In this document: positions 60,479 through 64,000 of the stretch, piece after piece
Position numbering within the stretch: the first letter of the stretch is position 1
How the letters are laid out: each line of letters starts with the position of its first letter
NCBI GenBank assembly: GCA_012719955.1
Contig: JAAXZI010000161.1
Location: 6,107-70,106, forward strand
Direction: 5' to 3'
DNA from: Phycisphaerae bacterium
GTDB taxonomy: Bacteria; Planctomycetota; Phycisphaerae; UBA1845; PWPN01
Length of the DNA: 64,000 nt
The notes under the pieces: model-generated
Seen by the model: the letters and a program-made list of their open reading frames with translations, nothing else
What the model was told of the DNA's origin: nothing
Databases searched by the model: none
Translations under genes and position numbers: made by a program

Positions 60479-61237
60479 CTACTTGCTGAACAGCATTCCT
60501 TCCGCATCAGGGGCGCGGACGGCCACATCCGCCGGCGAATGATACTTTTCCGGGACAACGGGATGGGGAAATCGCAGAAAGCCCCACAATGAACCGACGC
60601 CCGCGATCCCGAGACCCAGGCCGATGATCGCGCACACGTAGCCGGCTCTGCGCTGGGCATTCCGGCCGACCGTAATACCCCAGGTGATCAGACCGGTCCA
60701 GATGCCGTTGGCGAAGTGGAACACCGAGCAGAGAATGCCGATCAGGTAGACCGGCCCGGCCCAGATCCGGTAATGCTGAAGCACCCACGCGGTGGTGCCG
60801 GAGGCCTTTTCCACCTCAAAGTAGCCGCCGTTCGGCAGGAGCGCGCCGAGCCAGTGCATCTGCCAGACGTGGATCAGGATAAACACCAGCGCAATCACGC
60901 CCGTAACCCGCTGGAGCCAGTAACGGATGTTGCCCCAGAAAGGATACTGCAGGGTGTTGGGCTGGCCCTGGAGCCACATTTTGACGCCCAGGCCGGCATG
61001 GAAGGCCAAAGGGATGAAAATGAAGGCGATTTCAATCGGCCCCAGCAATGGCCCGAAAGCATGGATCTTGTCCACCTGGCGCTGGTAGAAATCGCCGTTC
61101 TGATCGAACAGGATGGTGGCGTTGGTGAACAGGTGAAACGTAAGAAACGCGCCGACCGGAATAAGACCGGCCAGGGAGTGCAGCCGACGCAGGAGAAACT
61201 CCTGCCGGGCTGCCGGATAACCGGGCGCTTCGGACAC
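60479..61237 (-). CDS. sdhC: Succinate dehydrogenase cytochrome b558 subunit (5-TM, di-haem type)
   Basis: RRLHSLAGLIP, FH..N, FHAGLG, QRVTG..HV and FHFANG histidine pattern. Confidence 0.92.
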   Translation of the reverse strand: MSEAPGYPAARQEFLLRRLHSLAGLIPVGAFLTFHLFTNATILFDQNGDFYQRQVDKIHAFGPLLGPIEIAFIFIPLAFHAGLGVKMWLQGQPNTLQYPFWGNIRYWLQRVTGVIALVFILIHVWQMHWLGALLPNGGYFEVEKASGTTAWVLQHYRIWAGPVYLIGILCSVFHFANGIWTGLITWGITVGRNAQRRAGYVCAIIGLGLGIAGVGSLWGFLRFPHPVVPEKYHSPADVAVRAPDAEGMLFSK

Positions 61238-61492
61238 GGTGTGGTCCTCCGGACAGACTTACAGTTGCCGCTCAGAATACGCTGTTGCCGCTCAGATGTT
61301 CGACCCGTCTGAGAACCGATTATATGGCTCGGCGCGGGCAGGTCAACATCCTGCAACGCGGCCGGCAGCATCGCCGCCTGACCGGCCCGGCGCAGCGAAG
61401 GAACGCTCTTTCGCAGCGAGGGAACGCCCTTTCAAGGGATGAGGCTGGGGTTCTTCATCGCCGCTGCGGCCCGCAGGACAGGGCGGAGATCA

Positions 61493-61651
61493 GATGTCGG
61501 GTTGGGAATGTCAGATGATGTTGGATTGGGGATTTCAGATGATGTCGGGTTGGGGATTCTAGATGATGCCGGATTGGGGATTGTAGATTTTGAAATTTCA
61601 AATTTCAGATCTTCAGATTCCCAATGGCAGATTTCGGATGCCAGATTTCAA
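61493..61651. repeat. 24-bp tandem repeat x4 followed by a heptamer (ATTTCAG-like) tract
   Basis: gatgtcgggttgggaatgtcagat / gatgttggattggggatttcagat / gatgtcgggttggggattctagat / gatgccggattggggattgtagat (61493-61588). Confidence 0.8.
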
Positions 61652-61667
61652 GTCTTCATCGTCCATT

Positions 61668-61789
61668 GCGCGAAGATTCAAGCGATCAGCAGCGGCGCGG
61701 CCAACAACGCGGCGGAGCAACAAACAACGCTGCGGCGCGACCAACAACCAGGCAGGAACTTATCCAGGTTTGCAGCGGAAACTGTATTA
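61668..61789 (-). mobile_element. Family A MITE-like copy 4 (inverted, truncated before the hairpin, internal duplication)
   Basis: gcgcgaagattcaagcgatcagcagcggcg...accaacaaccaggcaggaacttatccaggtttgcagcggaaactgtatta is the reverse complement of the family A left arm. Confidence 0.7.
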
Positions 61790-61801
61790 CGGTCCCGCCG
61801 G

Positions 61802-63694
61802 CTACGGGGCGCTCGTGGCCGGGGCGGCCTCGAGGATGCGGTAGACGAATTGCGGCAGAGCCTGTTCGTAGACGTCCAGCGAGGCCGCGGGCTTCCGGAC
61901 GCCCGGTGCATGACGCCACTGGACGAGCCGCTTGCCATCCCATTCCCGCTGCATGCGGCCCATCTTCTTGCATACTTCGCCGGTTTTCGGATCGACGTCG
62001 CTCGGCGGGATGACCGCGGCCAGTCCGATCCGTTCCCAATAGGGGTTCAGGATCCGGTCGCCGCGCAGAATCGCCAGGATGTCGTTGTTGTTGAGCCCGT
62101 CGAGGTTAATCACGCACAGGCTCGGCGTGTAATAACTGATAATGCCGCTGTGCCAGCAACCGATCCGCAAACCGGGCTCGGCGTTTTTCTCCAGCCAGGC
62201 GGCGACGCGAAGGGCCTTCAACTTCTCCGAGTCGTCATCGAACTCCTTGTGCGTCTTCAGCGCGAAGGTTACCGCGGATTCCGCCACCACCGCCCAGGCG
62301 ATCAGGCCCAGCGTGCTCGCGGCCAGGCCCTGGAGCCATCGCCATCCGCGCCCGCCCGGTGCCGGCGGCACGCCCCGCAGAGCCGCGGCCGCACCGGCCG
62401 ATAAGAGCGTCAGCGTCAGCAGGGCCGGCACGCAATACCAGGCCCGGGTCCAGTCCAACAGCAGGCCGTAAGCCAGGCCCAGGATGACGGGCACCAGCCA
62501 GAGAAGGTGGATCAGGCCGCGCTCGGCGCGGCTCCTGGCCGTCGCCCACAGCAGCGGCAGGCCGCTCAGTACCCACTTGAGTGCCGACACCTTGAGCAAG
62601 GATCCCAGCACAAACTCGCCCCACACGCCCAGCGTGAAGCCGAGCACGGCCCATTGCGAGCGGTCGCGCATGAGGAACTTGCGCCATTCCATCTTGACGG
62701 CCGCGCTGCCCTGGTTGGGTTCGCCGGTATAGTGCCAGACGTAGAGGATCCACGCCCCGTAGGCGGCCATGGTCAGGAGGCCGAAGAGGGCGACGCCCGA
62801 CAGACGAACCGACCAGGAGATCTTCGTGTTCCCCGCCAGTGCAGAGGCGGGGACCTTGTCTATGTCCGGGGCGGATTCCGCCGGTCCGGGCCCTGGCTCG
62901 CGTTTTCCAGTGCCAAGGGAGCGGTTCGTGCCAAGAGCGGCTGCCACTGGAGCGCCGGGGCCTCGCAGGCCGGCCACAAGCAGGATGAGGGCTACCACCG
63001 GCATGAACAGAATGGAGTCGGTGCGGCTCAGGACGGTCAGGCCGGCGCACAGGCCGATGAGGGCGCAAGCCCCCATCCATCCGGCGGATGTCCGCGGGCG
63101 GGTCACGAGGTCGGCCAGCCGCCAGATCAGCAGGGCCAGGCACAGCGCGTATGTGCTGGTCTCCAGCCCGGCGGCGGCGATGTAGACGGCATGCGCGCAG
63201 GTCAGCCACAGCAGGGCGGCGATGAGCCCCGCGGTCTTGCCCCACCAGCATTTTCCGGCCAGGTACAGAACGTAGGCGGAGAGCAGGTAGAGAACGGCAT
63301 TCAGCGCGATGGCCAGCCTGGGAAGGCCGTCCAGCGAGGGTTCGAACAGACGGTAAAGACCGGTCAGCACAAAACCATACAGCGGATGCCAGCCGGTGGT
63401 GCGGGTCACGCCATCGGCCGTGGGGCCTTGCCCGGCGGCAATATGGGGCACGACGCTGAAGTAGTAGTAGGCGTCATCCGAGAAGTGAAGGATGTAGCCT
63501 TCCCGGGAAGCGACCACACGCCAGGCGGGAAACACGACGTTCATCAGCACGGCCAGCACGACCAGGGCCCAGAGCGGCGCACGCAGGTCGGCGGCGAATC
63601 GCGTCCAGAAAGAGCCGGCACGCACGGGGCATGGCGATCCGGGCTCATTCGTCTTTTCCGTGTCCGGTGTGGTTGTGGTGGAAAGTCTGCTCAC
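61802..63694 (-). CDS. Polytopic membrane glycosyltransferase (GT-C / ArnT-PMT-like)
   Basis: SDDAYYYF loop after TM1, TTGWHPLY, GLET, LSRTD, many TMs, and C-terminal INLDGLNN. Confidence 0.78.
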   Translation of the reverse strand: MSRLSTTTTPDTEKTNEPGSPCPVRAGSFWTRFAADLRAPLWALVVLAVLMNVVFPAWRVVASREGYILHFSDDAYYYFSVVPHIAAGQGPTADGVTRTTGWHPLYGFVLTGLYRLFEPSLDGLPRLAIALNAVLYLLSAYVLYLAGKCWWGKTAGLIAALLWLTCAHAVYIAAAGLETSTYALCLALLIWRLADLVTRPRTSAGWMGACALIGLCAGLTVLSRTDSILFMPVVALILLVAGLRGPGAPVAAALGTNRSLGTGKREPGPGPAESAPDIDKVPASALAGNTKISWSVRLSGVALFGLLTMAAYGAWILYVWHYTGEPNQGSAAVKMEWRKFLMRDRSQWAVLGFTLGVWGEFVLGSLLKVSALKWVLSGLPLLWATARSRAERGLIHLLWLVPVILGLAYGLLLDWTRAWYCVPALLTLTLLSAGAAAALRGVPPAPGGRGWRWLQGLAASTLGLIAWAVVAESAVTFALKTHKEFDDDSEKLKALRVAAWLEKNAEPGLRIGCWHSGIISYYTPSLCVINLDGLNNNDILAILRGDRILNPYWERIGLAAVIPPSDVDPKTGEVCKKMGRMQREWDGKRLVQWRHAPGVRKPAASLDVYEQALPQFVYRILEAAPATSAP

Positions 63695-63819
63695 GCCGGC
63701 ATCTTAGAGTCCGGCTATGGCGGCTTCAATCCCTGAGGCATGTGGCGGAATCAACCCTGGAGCCTGTAACGCAATTCAATCCGACCGAAGGCTGGTTGAC
63801 TCGCCGTTTTCCATGACTT

Positions 63820-63849
63820 CTGTAGCGGTTGGACTCTGTACCGGCCGTT
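63820..63849. repeat. GTAG-initiated REP-like palindrome
   Basis: ctgtagcggttggactctgtaccggccgtt; 27/30 identical to 18080-18109. Confidence 0.6.
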
Positions 63850-64000
63850 TTCTGTACAGTGGCCGGGTGGGGCCCGGCGAAAGCCAGGTGCCGGCCGTTC
63901 CCCGGACGAGACGGCTGCCCCCGTTCGGATTCAGGAAGGCGGACAGGATGCCCGCTCCCCTGATGCGGCCGGCCGCTTTACCATAAGTCTTTGCCAGTTC

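Noticed and set aside
61493-61588. 24-bp repeats as a CRISPR array
   Set aside because: The units are directly adjacent with no spacers, are degenerate, and there are no cas genes.
61439-62404. 321-aa + strand ORF with DDVGLGIS repeats
   Set aside because: It is a translation of intergenic repeats and then runs antisense to the glycosyltransferase.

Overview
A 64-kb, high-GC stretch of core-type bacterial chromosome. Gene content (a DUF1559/H-X9-DG-type prepilin, Tat-exported sugar enzymes, sdhCAB with a 5-TM cytochrome b, a pilT / PilB-like / long cvpA block) points to a planctomycete, probably Phycisphaerae; this is inference. About 48 CDS are supported, including acnA, hisF, prfC, sdhCAB, mntP, a phosphomannomutase, an M16 peptidase pair, a MacAB-like ABC exporter, an MqsRA-like toxin-antitoxin pair and a GCS2-ligase/C26-hydrolase pair. 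I found no rRNA, tRNA, CRISPR array or intact transposase. Most notable: (1) a type IV pilus/T2SS-related neighbourhood (38-50.5 kb) with a membrane-anchored PilB-like pseudo-ATPase that has lost every catalytic motif, an intact PilT, a stand-alone MshEN (c-di-GMP receptor-type) protein, and a minor pilin carrying a circularly permuted PA14 lectin domain; (2) a layered set of small intergenic repeats: a ~140-bp MITE-like family (4 copies, one with a second element nested in its hairpin), a GTAG-REP-like unit lying in frame inside a CxxCxxCC protein, and many 7-9-mer tandem tracts. All calls come from reading motifs by eye; no searches were run.
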